Of a stretch of 64,000 bases of DNA, positions 1 to 13,830 are shown in pieces. Source of the DNA: Squalus acanthias (taxonomy: Eukaryota); assembly GCA_030390025.1 (NCBI GenBank), contig CM059432.1, forward strand, positions 61,940,001 through 62,004,000, in the 5' to 3' direction. A model generated the notes under the pieces. That model was not told where the DNA came from. It did not search any database and was given only the letters and a program-made list of their open reading frames with translations. The position numbers were made by a program, and so were the translations under genes. The stretch's first letter is position 1. The number at the start of each line of letters is the position of its first letter.

Positions 1-653
1 AACAAGAACTACTGCTTGCATTTATATAGCACCCTTAATACAATATAACATCCCAAAATGCTTTACAGAGACAAAACTGGAAAATTAGCATGTTGCATGT
101 TTAGAGAAGTGTTAAGGGAGGTCGAGCATGTTCTCTGGTTAGGGAAGGTGAACAGAGCGATAAATTTTGAAGGAGATAGTAAGGCAGAGGGATGTAGTTA
201 GTATTAGTGTGGGGCCAATACACTTGAAGGTTAGGCAATCTAAGGTGGAGCAGAGAGATGGGGAATGCAATGGCGGCCCGAATTGGAAGAGCAGGCTAAC
301 GAGTACAGATGAAGGAGGTTATGAGGGACAAGCCCCTGGAGGGTACTTGAGGATGAAAGTAAATTGTCATCTGGGTCAGGGACATTTCAAAGCTTTTGCC
401 TGAATGGAGTGTTGATCTTGTGGGGTTGTATTGCAGCCCTTTATGGGAAATTGGGAGAGACTTCTTGACCCAATCTTCCCTCCTTGGGAGAAGGTGGGTT
501 CCCGGAAGAGGCTCGGGATCCTTTAAGTTTCTAGAGTCTACACTGAGTTTAAACATTTCTAGCTGGGAGATATCCCACCTATTTCATCTACATGTTTGTT
601 GTGAGAAGGTTTGCGATAAACATGGGGCGATGTGGAATACTGCATATTACAAG

Positions 654-812
654 CAACATTCCCCCTAATTTTATTTTTGGTGCGTGGTCCCTTTAACAGG
701 CGACGCAGCCCATTCAAAATTTTGCGCATGCGTGGTTTCTCGCATTGAAAAGCCGGTGAGCGGCCTGCACGGGACCTCCAGACCATGGCCACGCAGCTTA
801 GTGGGAACGTTA
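654..812. mobile_element. Non-autonomous hAT-type MITE
   Basis: Imperfect TIRs caacattccccctaa / ttagtgggaacgtta; 8-bp TSD attacaag (646-653) / attacaac (813-820). Confidence 0.7.
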
Positions 813-3182
813 ATTACAACTAATGATGATGAAAATTGTTAGCCTAGGTGTTGCAGGAAGACTTGCTTTCTGGTGGGCAAGTCAAGACTCTCTAGGGATT
901 GTGAGGCCTATCAAGGTTTGGAGCCTCCCATATTGCGGTCCAAAATGGCTGAATGTGGCATCATGACCGTAACTTGTGTAGCAGTGTACCTTCCTGACCA
1001 TAGCCTCTCCAGAAACCCCTCACCATGATGGGTGTATTTTGTGAAGCAGTTGTGCTCAGTGTATGTGGCACTTCTGCATTTTGCTGCATGTATCATTTGT
1101 GAGGACATGGCTCCATACCGCCCTCTCATTTCTCCTTAGTGTCGTCGTCTTGACGCTTGCTCATCATGTAAAATAAATTTTCAAGTTTAACTTTTGCAGT
1201 GTAGTTGTTCCTGCCTGTGATAGTCATGTAAAAAACATCTCAGCCCAACTTATGATGCAGTTAGTTTGCCTCTTTTTATGTTTGTGTAATTCCAGTGCTT
1301 CGCACCCATGTATAAAGCAGATGATGCTGGTTGTGAATTGAATCTAGAGCTGCTGATCTGATGTCCTGCTGCTATAATATAAACAAAGCCTAAATATACA
1401 AATTTGTTTTCAATTTATGCTGCTGGATATTCTGTGTACGAATGTTTGTTTTACAACTGGTGTGAAAAGAAAGACTTGCATTTATACTGCGCCTTTCACG
1501 ACCACCAGACGTCCTAAAGCGCTTTACAGCCAATGAAGTACTTTTTTTTTGAAGTGTAGGACACAATGGCCTATAAATTGGGCTGTGCAGTGCCCATTTT
1601 CCAGGCGCTAACTGGCCTACTGAGTCCCCAATATGGTGGGCAGGAAGCGCGGCACATTTCCATCCAGAAATGCGTCCCTGCCATGTTGGGAAATGAGGTT
1701 GCGTTGGCGGCAGAGTGCATGCTGGCAACATTGGAAGTGAAGAATAATTTATGTAAATTACGGTCCAGCGCTTCTTGCATTACCCCTTGTAGATTATTTA
1801 TCCCCAGGGCTTCACTCCCAATGTGGTGCTAACCAGCAGAAAGGCCCCCATACTTACCTGAATGTAGATCCGGGAGCAGCTGGAGGTAACCAAAACCCCT
1901 GGCCCGAGGCACAATCGCCCCTCCCCGCCAGGCAAAGCTACCTACCCCCCATTAGCCCTTTAGCTGATGATCACTCCCAATCGACAGTCACAACTGATTT
2001 AACTCTGTCTGCTTCTGATAGCTAGGTGGTCATCTCCCTATGCAATTCATTCCCCTTTCCCTGGCTTTGAAGTGACTTTAATGTGCGGCAAAGTGTATTC
2101 AACAAATTCCCATGGGCCATCTGTTTCACACCAACAGTAAACAAATTAGTGGCCAGCAGTTCGTAAAATATGAAGATTCCATGTGGCAGTGCATTTAAAA
2201 ATAATCGTTTATAATTAGAAACAAGGTAGATATCTGATCCATCACAAGTAGCAGCAGCGTGGTTGTTTTAGAGAGAAAGTAAGAGTTTGTGTAGGGCTGA
2301 GACAGGTTATGGCTGTACCGCTAAAGCAGAGGGAGTAAGGATACATGAGATCAGAGTCAAGAGTGAAAGGTGTGAGCTAGAACATAGTCCTGGGTAAGGT
2401 AGGGTTGGGGCAAGGCAATGAAAGAATTTGTAAATGAAGATGATTTTGATCGGCAGTTAGTAGAGATCAACAAAAATAGGGGTGAAGGGAAAGTGGGACT
2501 TGTGTGGCATAAGCTCACAGGCTGCAATTTTCGGAAAGAGTTGGAGTTTATGTAGGTCAGGGAAGTTGTTGAGTGCTGTGGAGAAGTTGAACCTGGAAGA
2601 TGGGAGCTTTAGTGGTGGTAATAAGAGGTTGGATAATGTGCGATGTGGTAGTAAGCAGTTTTGATAACTGCTTGGAAATCCAGTTTGAAGCTCAGCTCCA
2701 TGTCAGACAGATCGCTGAAGTTGTGCATGTTGGGGTCTGCTTGAGCAAGAAGCCAGGGAGGGGGATGGAGATGGGGTAAGGATACAACGTCTTTTTGGGA
2801 GCCAATCAAGATGGCTTTGGTCTTGCCAAAGTTAACACGGCAAAAGTTCCAGTTTGTTTACGACGTTGTCAAGCAATCAGTTGAATAGCACATAGGTGGT
2901 CATGGAGTTGAGGGTGATGATGGAAAGGGAGAGCTGGTGTATGTATGTGGAAGTGAAGGAGAGAAATGGGAGGGGGCATTTCCAAGGTGATATGCAGATT
3001 TTTTCATTTTGGCTGCAGTTAATAATTTGTAAATAATTACACCATGCAAAATAATTATTACATTTAAAGGCCGTAGAATTTTGAACAAATAATTATGCAA
3101 CTCCACAAAATGTGAATAGTTGATTTTTACATTTTGGGTAGAAATAGCGCCTTGTACAAAATTGTTTCTGTTGTTTTGAAGG

Positions 3183-3473
3183 ATTTGAAGTCCCACTCCA
3201 GAGACTTGACCACAAAATTTAGGCTGACACTTCAGTGCAGAACTGAGGGAGTACTGCACTGTTGGAGGTGCCGTCTTTTGGATGAGGCGTTAAACCGAGA
3301 CCCCGTATGGCCCCTCAGGTGGACGTAAATGATCCCTTGGCACTATTTGAAGAGCAGGGGAGCTCTCCTGGTGTCTTGGCCAACACTTATCCCTCAACCA
3401 GCACCACTAAAACAGCACTTTGGGATGTCCTGAGGTTGTGAAAGGCATTACGTAAATGCAAGTTCTTTCTTTC
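3183..3473 (+). mobile_element. DeuSINE (SacSINE1/AmnSINE1-like), internally deleted
   Basis: Deu-domain-like text gcagaactgagggagtactgcactgttggaggtgccgtcttttggatgaggcgttaaaccgag...caggtggacgtaaatgatcc, then an L2-type tail gtgaaaggcattacgtaaatgcaagttc. Confidence 0.75.
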
Positions 3474-3542
3474 TCAGTAGATACAACTTTTTAAATAATT
3501 GTATAATGAATGAATGCTTTTCAGTTATTGAGGGAAGCTTAG

Positions 3543-3786
3543 GAACATAGAGAAAAAAAATAGGAGCAGGCGTAGGCCATTCAGCCCTTCGCGCCTGCTC
3601 CGCCATTCAGTAAAATTGTGGCTGATCTTCTACCTCAACTCCACCTTCCGCTCTATCCCTTGGTTCCCTTAGTATCCAAAAATCTGTTGATCTCTGTCTT
3701 GAATATACTCAACGACTAAGCATCCACAGCCCTCTGGGTTAGAGAATTCCAAAGATTCATAACCCTCTGAGTGAATAAATTTCTCC
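3543..3786 (-). mobile_element. CR1 LINE 3' fragment
   Basis: Same 3' UTR/tail (aggagcaggcgtaggccattcagcccttcg...) as the other CR1 copies in the window. Confidence 0.8.
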
Positions 3787-4667
3787 AAAGGAATGTTTAG
3801 GATTTGGGAAAGACAAACTCAGGTACAAGTGGCCAGCGCCCAGGAAATAGCAAACATCATGATACCTTCTACATGATACGTACTCTTCTATCAAATTTTT
3901 CTCCAGGTACTTATCCAGCTCTCTTGAATTTGCTGATGCAATCAGCCCCAACTGCCTCCTTTGGCTGTCCATTCCATAAATGTAAACTGTCTTTTCACTC
4001 TCCCTCTTGTAGGTTTGAGGCCATGCTCTCCGGTGGAATCTGCAACTATGTTCAACAGATTGGTGTTTATCTTGTCTGTGCCTTTAAGATTTAGAATGCT
4101 TCAATAAGATCACCTCATGAGCCTTCCCTTCTCCAGTGTAAACATTTCCACCTCTGCAGTCTCTTAACTCGGCTTCTTAATCCCAACTATCAATTTAGTT
4201 GCCTTTTGCTACACTCTCTCCATCATTTCCCACAAATCCCTCTCCAGTGTTGTCCTGTAGAATAATGCCATTTAACTTATTTTGCCTCTTAGTTATCCTT
4301 TCCCAATGTTGTGACTTTGCATTTGTTCACATTAAATTACAACTGCATTTGTCAGCTCCACTCCCCAATCAATCCAGGTCCTCACGTGTTTTATCATCCT
4401 GTTTCTAGTAGAGTTTTGTTTCTGTCCCCCACCTCCAAGTTATTTTTTGTACATTGTAAACAGCGATGGCCTCAGCACTGATCACTGAGACATCCCCATT
4501 AGTTATTTCCTTCAATGCCGATCCAGCTCCTTTACTTCCTCTGCTTCTGCCAATTTTTGATCCATTTCAGAACCACTTCACATATGCTATGACTTACAAC
4601 CTTGTGGACCAATCTCTAGCTCAGTATCAAAGGTTTTGCTGAAATCTAAAACAACATCCATCGAGTT

Positions 4668-4809
4668 CAAAAGCAAAATACTGCAGATGCTGGAAATCTG
4701 AAATAAAAACAGAAAATGCTGGAAATACTCAGCAGGTCAGGCAGCATCTGTGGAGAGAGAAACAGAGTTAACGTTTCAGGTCGATGACCCTTCGTGAGAA
4801 CTTCGTCAG
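4668..4809 (-). mobile_element. Penelope-like pLTR fragment (hammerhead core mutated CTGA>CTCA)
   Basis: Matches the 3' end of the PLE at 58628-59486; 12-bp TSD atccatcgagtt at 4656-4667 and 4810-4821. Confidence 0.8.
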
Positions 4810-5103
4810 ATCCATCGAGTTATCCCTGTCTACAATGTTTATTTCCTCAAAGAACTTGGAGATTTGTCAAGCATGATCTTCCTCCTATAAAGTTTTGCAT
4901 TTCTCCAGGTGGTGGTTCATTTGTTCCTTCAGGGTACCTTTCAGCACATTTCCTGACCAGTCTGTAATTCTCCAGGTTATCATTTGTCTTGTTTATAGTT
5001 GGTGTCATGTCCCTTTTCTCTACTCCTCAGGCACAGTCCCTGTTTCCAAGAATTCATTAAGGATACTCACTAGAACATGTCCAGTTGCATTAGCTACTTT
5101 AAG

Positions 5104-6340
5104 CTATCCCTCCTTGTCCTTCTTGACTTGTCTGCAGCCTTTGACAGGGTTGACCACTTCATCCTTCTCCAACACCTCTCCACCGTCTTACAGCTGGGTG
5201 GGACTGCCCTCGCCTGGTTCCATTCTCCTCTATCTAATCGTAGCCAGAGAATCACCTGCAATGGCTTCTCTTCCTGCTCCCGCATCATTACCTCTGGTGT
5301 CCCCCAAGGATCTATCCTTGGCCCCCTCCTATTTTTCATCTAAATGCTGCCCCTTGGCAACATCATCTGAAAACACAGCGTCAGTTTCCACATGTACGCT
5401 GACGACACCCAGCTCTACCTCACCACCACTTATCTCAACCCCCTCCACGGTGTCTAAATTGTCAGACTGCTTGTCCGACATCCAGTTCTGGATGAGCAGA
5501 AATTTTCTCCAATTAAATATTTGGAAGACCGAAACCAATGTTTTCGGTCCCCGCCACAAACTCCATTCCCTAGCCACCGACTACAACCCTCTCCCTGACA
5601 TCTGTCTGAGGCTGAACCACACTGTTTGCAACCTTGGTGTCATATTTGACCCTGAAATGAGCTTCCAACCACATATCCATGGCATAACTAAGACAGCTTA
5701 TTTCCACCTCTAACATTGCCCATCTCCACCCTTACCTCAGCTCATCTGTTGAAACCCTCATCCATGCCTTTGTTACCTCTAAACTTGACTGTTCCAACGC
5801 ACTCCTGGCTGGCCTCCCACGTTCTACGCTACGTAAACTTGAGATCATCCAAAACTCGGCTGCCCGTGACCTAACTCGCACGAAGTCCCGTTCACCCAAC
5901 TCCCCTGTGCTCGCTGACCCACATTGGCTCCCGGTTAAGCAATGCCTCGATTTCAAAATTCTCATCCTTGTTTTCAAATCCCTCCATGGCCTTGCCCCTC
6001 CCAATCTCTGTAATCTCTTCCAGCCCCCCCCCACCCCCCAAGATATCTGCGCTCCTCTAATTCTGCTCTCTTGAGCATCCCTGATTATAATCGCTCAACC
6101 ATTATTGGCCGTGCCTTCTGTTGCCTAGGCCCTAAGCTCTGGAATTCCCTGCCTAAACCTCTCCGCCTCGCTACCTCTCTTTCCTCTAAGACGCTCCTTA
6201 AAACCTACCTCTTTGACCACTGCCCTAATTTCTCCTTATGTACCTCTGTGTCAATTTTTTTGTCTTCTAATACTCCTGTGCAGCGCCTTGGGATGTTTTA
6301 CTACGTTAAAGGCGCTACATAAATACATGTTGTTGTTGTT
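5104..6340 (+). mobile_element. L2-clade LINE, 5'-truncated RT region, decayed
   Basis: [22 protein letters not shown] and YADDTQLY motifs across frames; 3' tail aaaggcgctacataaatacat(gtt)n. Confidence 0.85.
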
Positions 6341-6901
6341 AAGTACCCTAGGGTGCAATCCATCTGGACCTGCGCTTGGCATTTTTCAATGCCTTCAACC
6401 TAACCATCTAGCTGGTTCCATCTATTTTTCTCGTATTGCGCTAGAAATGCTATCCTGACTGTAGGAACGCTGTCGGAGGTTTTGTTTTGAAGAGGCACAA
6501 CCAACATAAGGGCAAAAAAATTAATTATTCAGTAGTTCAAATTAACCAACTTCAAATTAAGAGTACACTGTAGATAGATGATGAAAGATAATACCGTTGC
6601 AACAGTCTGCCATAGAATTCCTGGTCACAAGCACCAAGACTGCAGCCCAAGGTATCCTGCTCATGTATGGTTAAAAATCCTAACATTTCCATTAGAACAA
6701 AATGTAAACTCGAGCTTCAATTTTCAGGAAGCTACCTGGTTGGGGTCCAAGTAGCTGATATTTTGGAATGCCATAATAAAGGATAGGATGATAGAAAAGT
6801 TGAAGACTGACCAAATGGACATTGCAACCAGTTTCAGGATTTGGATCGTTGAGAAACTGGGCTCATCAGTGTCAAATGTCAGAAAAAATGGAATATCCAT
6901 G

Positions 6902-7563
6902 GAACATAAGAAATAGGAGCAGGCATAGGCCATTCGGCCCTTCGAGCCTGCTCTGCCATTCAGTAAGATCATGGCTGATCAACCTCAACTCCACCATTCC
7001 GCACTATCTCCATTGATGCCCCTGATATCCAAAAATCTATCGATCTCTGTCTTGAAGATACTCAACGACTGAGCATCCACAGCCCTCTGGGGTAAAGAAT
7101 TCTAAAGATTCACAACCCTTTGAGTGAAGAAATTTCTCCTCATCTGTCCTAAATGGTCGACCCCTTATTCTAAGATTGTGATCTCTAGTTCTAGACTCCC
7201 CAGCCAGGGGAAAGATCCTCCCAGCGTCTACCCTGTTAAGCCCTGCAAGAATTTTATGTTTCAATTAGATCACCTCTTATTCTTCTAAATTTTAAGGAAT
7301 ATAGGCTTAGTCTCCTTAATCTCTCCTCATAGGACAATCCCCCCCACCCCAGGAATCTGTCTAGTGAACCTTCGTTGCACTCCATCTAAGGCAAGTTTAT
7401 CCTTCCTTGGAGACCAAAACTGTACTCCAGGTGTGGTCTCACCAAGGCTCTATATAATTGCAGCAAGACTTCTTTACTCTTATACTCCAATCCTTTTGTA
7501 ATACCATTTGCTTTCCTAATTGCTTGCTGTACCTGCATGTTAACTTTCAGTGATTTGTGCACA
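6902..7563 (-). mobile_element. CR1 LINE 3' fragment
   Basis: RT C-terminal motifs (KILAGLNRVDAGRIFPLAGESRTR) plus CR1 3' UTR. Confidence 0.85.
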
Positions 7564-9097
7564 ATAGAAGAATAGACGAGTCGTGCAACATCAGAAAAGC
7601 AATGTGAAGGTTATTCTTGGAAAATCACTGAAACCATTGACCCAGTGTGTGGCTGCAGAAAAAAAAATGCTTGAATGAGGGACTTGGTAGCAAAAGGAGG
7701 GCATAGAGATCAAAATATGTTGTTGTATAAGATATTGGTTAGCCTCCATCGGGAGATTCTAAGCTGACCTGCTAAGTTATTCGGGTAAGTTTTATATATG
7801 CTGATGAAGGCTTTAACAAAGGCATGTAATTTAAAAATTAGATATAAAGAGAACATTCAGGAAGAACTATATCCTGCACAGGCTAATTTGCATATAAATT
7901 AATTTATCTGTGAAGTCCATTGAAACAAACAATTTAACTGGGTTAAAGAGATATCTAGATGTGTTTTGAAGGGCTCTGATCTGGGAAGATTTCATACCAA
8001 GAGCCAAAAGGTTTATGTATGGAGTGAAAAAGAAAGTTTGTTACCTCTGCTTCTCCAGGACTCCAGCAACAATTCTCGATCACTGTCACTTCTAACACTG
8101 GTAGAAATTGCAGTTGAGAATCCCATCCAACAATTCTGGAGAGGAGCAGGGTAAGAGAGTGAGGAGGGGAGCTGAAAGGGAGGACGAGGGATGGAGCAGG
8201 TAGTTCAAAGGGGCAACTGTATGGGACAGCACCATTTTAATCTCTCATTTCTTTCTCCACTCCCCTAACCTCCTACCTGCGCCTCCCCTTATCTTTCCCA
8301 CCCCTATGGTTGGGAAGCAGGCTTATGGGGCTCATCCAGGATTGCTTGTTCACTCTGGGTTAAGGGTCGAATCCAGATTAAAATGTTTGTGGGGAGGGAG
8401 TTCAAGGTGCAGGTAAAATTAATCAACTTGGTAAGGAGGGGGTTGTGTGCTAACATTTGATTTTTCATCAGTTGCAGGCCAAAGGATAAAATTTATTAAT
8501 TTATACTTCCAACTACAATTGTGAGGGTACAATTGGGGCCGCTGCAAAAGAAAGTTCCTTTGCTTGTTAGATCTCGCCTAGACTAGATCCTTATTTCATA
8601 GGAGAGTGAAAAATGGCTGTTCTGTACAGAGGAATACAATATTGCTTTCACGTAAACAAAATGTTTGAGTGCAAAAAATTACCACTTCAGGATGTGCACA
8701 GTTCAGATACCTGACTGAGATATTCTTCTTTCGGGTAAGGCACTTATGGATAGTGGGGACTATGTGAAGTCTGAAGGTCAGGCATATAGACTGGAATTTT
8801 CCTTACCTTGGCGGGTCCAGTGCAGGCGGCTGCAATGTTGGGGGGCGGCTGCTATGTCGGGTCCCGACTCTGTTGCTACCTCCATCCCGCTCCACAAAAT
8901 GACTTTCCGATAATGGGGCCTGTTGCACCCGCCCTGCGCGTTGCCCGGCCCAATTAAATGGAGCGGGTGTGGTGACTTCATCGATGATGCGTTTTCAGTC
9001 GGGATATTTAAAGGGACCAAGACCACATTGCATTTGAAGGTTCATCTAGGATAGTGCAGGCAGTGCAATTGGTTTCCACTGCTGTACACGGGCAGAA

Positions 9098-10964
9098 ATG
9101 ACTGCACAGAGGCAGAGGGCTGCACCCAGGTTCTCCAATGACTCCCTCCACATGCTTGTGGAGGGAGTCCGAGCACGCAGGGAGGTCCTCTTCCCTCCTG
9201 ATGGGCAGAAGAGACCTCCCCAGCAAACCAAAGGAGCCTGGCTCCAGATAGCCAAGGAGGTCAACAGCAGGGATGTTGTGAGGAGGACCTCAGTGCAGTG
9301 CCGCTAACGCTTCAACGATCTCGAGATCAGGAATGGTGAGTACAAAGCCACACTCTCCTCCATCCTGCTGTGCCTGTCATCACATCCCCATCACTCTGCC
9401 TTCCGAACCCTACTCCTGCACATCCTTAATCACACCAACCCATTGCACCTCCACCCATCCCCCTCTTTATCTACATTATCCATCTTACTAGCCACCCCTC
9501 ACCCTCATCCTATTGCAATCATACCAACTAACAACACACAAGGAGGCCTCTTGGAATTGCCACCCTACTCCTTCATAGTCACCCTCTACACATGTAACCC
9601 ATCCATTCCTTACACTCATTCCATCACACTAACTCAACCTTCTCTTTCCCTCCTTGCAGGAAAAGGAAGCCCACAATAAGAGGGAGCAGGAAAGAACTGG
9701 TGGAGGACCGGCATCATTCGCAACTCTGACCACTGAAGAGGAGGCTGCGTTGGAGCGCTCTGGTGTCCGAGCACCAGGAAGTGGGATAGAGAGAGAGGGG
9801 GACATCTCAGCAACCTGGTGACAGAATCACTATTCATACATCTACATGGCATACATCAGTCACTCATATTGGGGCTGATGTCAGCAGCCACTGAATGATT
9901 ATGTGCATAATGTTATCTGTGCCCAATGTACAGATGACATATGTAACTCATCTCTTTACTCTCCCACAGGTCCATCAAGAACCCCTCCCCACCTGTCCAG
10001 GAGGAAGCCAAAGATGACGACTCAGAGGAGCCTCCAGCCTCTGAGGGCGCAGCATCACCTGACATAAGCCCACCTAGCACCAGCGCAGATATGCACACCT
10101 CGGTGGGTTCCTCACACCATTGAGTAGTGTTGTCACCTGGTGGCTCTCCAATCACAAGTGAGCAAGAGCAGATGGTGGAGACGGGGACAGCAGTGGAGAC
10201 TCCTCGTCGGAGGGCGCAGGACTCTCCTAGCTTTGCTCAGTTGCATGCAGACACTCAGCCTCGGAGGCGATCCTGGAGCTGCAGGAACAAGTGCAGGAGG
10301 GTCTGACAGGTTTTGCGAGCACATTGACTGCCACTGTTCAGAGAATAGAGGAGTCCTCCAAAATGAGCACCACCGTGTCACAGGCAATGGCGACAGTAGG
10401 CTCCTCTATGGATAGGATGGCCACCTACATGGAGCAGCTAATGCACCACTCACAGGAGCACATGGTGTCTATGCAAATAGATGGCTATCTATGGAGAATA
10501 GATCCCAGGGGCTCATAGACGTCCTCTCTCATGAGGGATGTCAGTGTAGACGTGTGTCCTCATGGCGTCACTGATGTGCAGGAAGGTGCTCTCCAGCTCC
10601 TTGCTAGCGAGGAAGTGCAGGTGGTCCATGAGCGGGATGATGGGGAGAGGGGACATGCAAGTGGGAACTCCTCCAAGTGCTCACACTTCTCCACCATTCC
10701 CCCCCCCCCCCCCCCCTCTTGCCAACCCCTCAGTCAGAGCCCCAGATGCCTCCCCGGACAGCAATGGCCAAGTCTGCCCCTGCACAGTTTTAGGAGGAGC
10801 AGACTTTGGCGGGGCCCTCACAGGCTCCAAAATTCAAAGGACAACCGCCAAAAGTGTCTTAGCAGGCGCAGCAGGGAAGTGTGGAGGCTGCCTCTACCTC
10901 TGCTGAAGCCATAGGGGTAGCACCATGTAGAAGCACGCGTAAAAGAAAGATGCTACACAAGTAG
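9098..10964 (+). pseudogene. Harbinger Myb/SANT-like DNA-binding protein gene, spliced (exons ~9098-9335, 9660-9817, 9970-10964)
   Basis: RAAPRFSNDSLHMLVEGVRARREVLF...AWLQIAKEVNS...RTSVQCR*RFNDL, donor gtgag at 9336; acceptor ttgcag then EKEAHNKREQERTGGGP; basic C-terminus RSTRKRK. In-frame stop and frameshifts present. Confidence 0.8.
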
Positions 10965-11259
10965 ATTCACAAGGGTAGTCACTTGGGTGTTTTGTTCAAT
11001 GTTATTGTGAAGGTTTCGTTCATTTAATGTTTACCATAAATTTATTATTTTCAAAACTTTCTGGTCTTGGACAAATTTGTATGTAGAATGGGAAGTGGCT
11101 TGTTAGTTGGAGTGAAGGGTCAGACCTAACTTTACCTCCAGCAATGGCGGTGATTGTGAAAGGAATGGATTGATCATTGTAGGGATGCTTTATGGTCTGG
11201 CTGTGGGATGTTGCCAACTTGGCGAGGCATGTGGCAGCCATATGGTGTACTGCGTAAAG

Positions 11260-12434
11260 TTAAGTAAATCTGGCCATGATGAGGCCATCCCTGGCCTCAC
11301 TGGCAGCAATGTGCTCGCGTGCTGGTGCCATCTGCACCGCAGGTTCCTCCAGCTCCTCCTCATCTTCCACCTGATGCTCCTCCTCTGAAGAGGCTGTGCG
11401 CTCTGCGCCTTGTTCCTCGTGTAGCGCTAATCCCTGCTGTTGCGCTATGTTGTGCAGGGCACAGCAGGCCACGACGATTCTAGATACCCTGGCTGCTGCT
11501 TACTGAAGGGCTCCTCCAGATCAGTCATGGCATCTGAATTGCATTTTGAGCATGCCGATTGTCTGCTCTGACACATCTGATGGAGCTGTGGCTTTCATTA
11601 TAGCTCTCCTTGGCCTCAGTACTTGGCCTCCTCAAGGATGTCATGAGCCACGTCTTCAGTGGATAGCCCTTGTCTCCAAGCAGCCGGACGGAAAATCTGT
11701 TGCAGATACGAATAGCTGAGGGAGGGTGGACTGGTGCAGGACACAAGTGTCATGGCAGCTACCAGGGAATTTGGCGCACACATGCATGATGATCTCCCTA
11801 TGGTTGCAGACCAGCTGCATATTGAGGCACCTTGCGATTGACCAAGACTCCTGGGTTATGATGGGGTGCCCTGATGGCCACATGTGTGCAATCGATGATA
11901 CTCTGCACCCGTGGGAAGCCAGCCAGCCAGAGTGGCAAAGCTGAGAACCTGCTCAGTAATAGTGGCTTCATCAGTGGCAAAGTTGATACAATTGGCTGAC
12001 TTGTCAAACGGAGCACCGGTAACCTGTGTGATGCATCTGTGGGCGGCCGACTGCGTAATGCCGCAAATGTCTGCTGCAGATCCCTGGAAGGAGCCTGAGG
12101 CGAAGAAGTTGAGGGCAATGGTGACTTTGACAGCCACTGGTAAGACATGTCCACCCACTCCTCTGGGCTGCAGGTCTTGGTCCAGCAATGCGAAAATGTC
12201 TGCGACAACCTGGCGTGATAGCCTGAGCCTCCTTTGGCACTGCTGCTCAGTCATGTTGAGGGAGCTCATCCTCTGCCTGTATACCCTGTGTTGGGGGTAT
12301 CGCCTCTGGCGCGATGCAGCCCTGCGCTTATGCCCTCTGTCCTGTGCAGCATCAGGGCATGGAGGAGAAGGTGGTGTTGGTGCTGCTGGTGTTGGTGCTG
12401 AGGACCAAGATGAGACAGTATAAACGGTACCCAT
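11260..12434 (-). pseudogene. Harbinger (HARBI1-like) DDE transposase, frameshifted
   Basis: Motifs [44 protein letters not shown] and ACCALHNIA spread over several frames. Confidence 0.9.
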
Positions 12435-13297
12435 GCTGATGGAATAGATGGCAGGTGAAGTAGAGATGACAGAAGCAATCTGTCAATGGTGAGAGAGGTT
12501 CTTCCAATGAGGTGACAGTGGATAGAGACTTTGCTTGAAACACTTGCAGCCGGCAGAAAGCGCAATCTGTGTTGCAAATGCAGTGAAAAATAGCTTCTGC
12601 ATGAGGAAAGTGATCAACTGCCAGGTGGGAGCTTTTATAGTACGTTTCATCCCGTCAACTAATCAGCTGGAGCAATGGCCACTCAACTCTCGCCTCAGGT
12701 TTACAGACGTGGATCCTGAGCAGTGTGGTCCCCGTGGGAATCCAGTGAAATTTACAAGGTAAGTTTAAAAATACTCTAGTGTTTGATAACAAGGTAATAA
12801 TTGTTTAAATTGGGACCCCTGCCGCGTCGGGTCAGCTCCGCGAAGACAGACGTGCCTGTGGGAAAGGCACGTGGGAGCGAGATGACAGCAGGGTTCCTGA
12901 CCCACTGTCAAAAAATAACTTTCCCACCCGACCCGCCACTGATCTCGCCCTCTACCACCCCGGAAAATTCCGGCCATGCTGAACCAGAGTTGCACTGCTT
13001 TTAGGAGAGGACAGTGGGCATCAGAAAACTTCATACATTTCAATTACTTACTTTGAGTCAAAAGAAATATTTGCGAATTTAACGCAGCATCCAAATATGC
13101 CAAGAAGATTGAGGGATGGTGACCTCGTGCAAAGCAGATGGCTAAGATGAGAGAACGGCAAGTGCAAGGAAAGATTGAGAGGGCACAAAGCCAATTTAAC
13201 TGTTCATTTCAATGGGGAGAATAAAAGATTGAAATAATTTGTAAAAGGAAAGAAAGTTATAAATGTTATCCTTTGGCCTGTACCTGATAACCCAAAT

Positions 13298-13830
13298 TAG
13301 AACATAAGACGTAGGAGCAGGAGTAGGTCATTTGGCCCCTCGAGCCTGCTCCGCCATTCAATAAGATCATGGCTGATCTGATCTTGGCCTCAACTCCACT
13401 TTCCTGCCCGCTCCCCATAACCCTTGACTCCCTTACCTTTCAAAAATCTGTCTTACTCCACCTTTAAAATATATTCAATGACCCAGCCTCCACAGCTCTC
13501 TGGGGAAGAGAATCCTAAAGATTCACGACCCTCTGAGAGAAGAAATTCCTCCTCATTTCCGATTTAAAAGGGTGCCCCCTTATTCTGAAATTATGCCCCC
13601 TAGTTCTAGATTCCTCCACGAGGGGAAAACAGCCTCTCTGCATCTACCCTGTCGAGCCCCTTCAGAATCTTGTGTTTCAATAAGATCCCCTCTCATTCTT
13701 CTAAACTCCAATGAGTATAGGCCCAACCTTTCTTCATAAGACAACCCCTTCATCTCCAGAATCAACCTCATGAACCTTCTCTGAACTGCCTCCAATGCAA
13801 GTATATCCTTCCTTAAATAAGGAGACCAAA
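13298..13830 (-). mobile_element. CR1 LINE 3' fragment
   Basis: VQRRFMRLI...LSYEERLGLYSLEFRRMRGDLIE plus CR1 3' UTR. Confidence 0.85.

Larger units (their letters stand above)
8789..12975. mobile_element. PIF/Harbinger DNA transposon, full two-gene architecture, decayed
   Basis: TIRs gactggaattttcc (8789) / ggaaaattccggcc (to 12975); convergent Myb/SANT-like gene (+) and DDE transposase (-). Confidence 0.88.

Noticed and set aside
1568..2154. Additional MITE-like elements (also ~19731-20483, ~33679-33963, ~50740-50900)
   Set aside because: They look like decayed Harbinger-type MITEs, but the TIRs and TSDs are too degenerate to fix boundaries.
4895..5713. 272-aa Ser/Pro-rich ORF and the many antisense ORFs over LINEs
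   Set aside because: Shadow or frameshifted readings of L2/CR1/RTE coding sequence.
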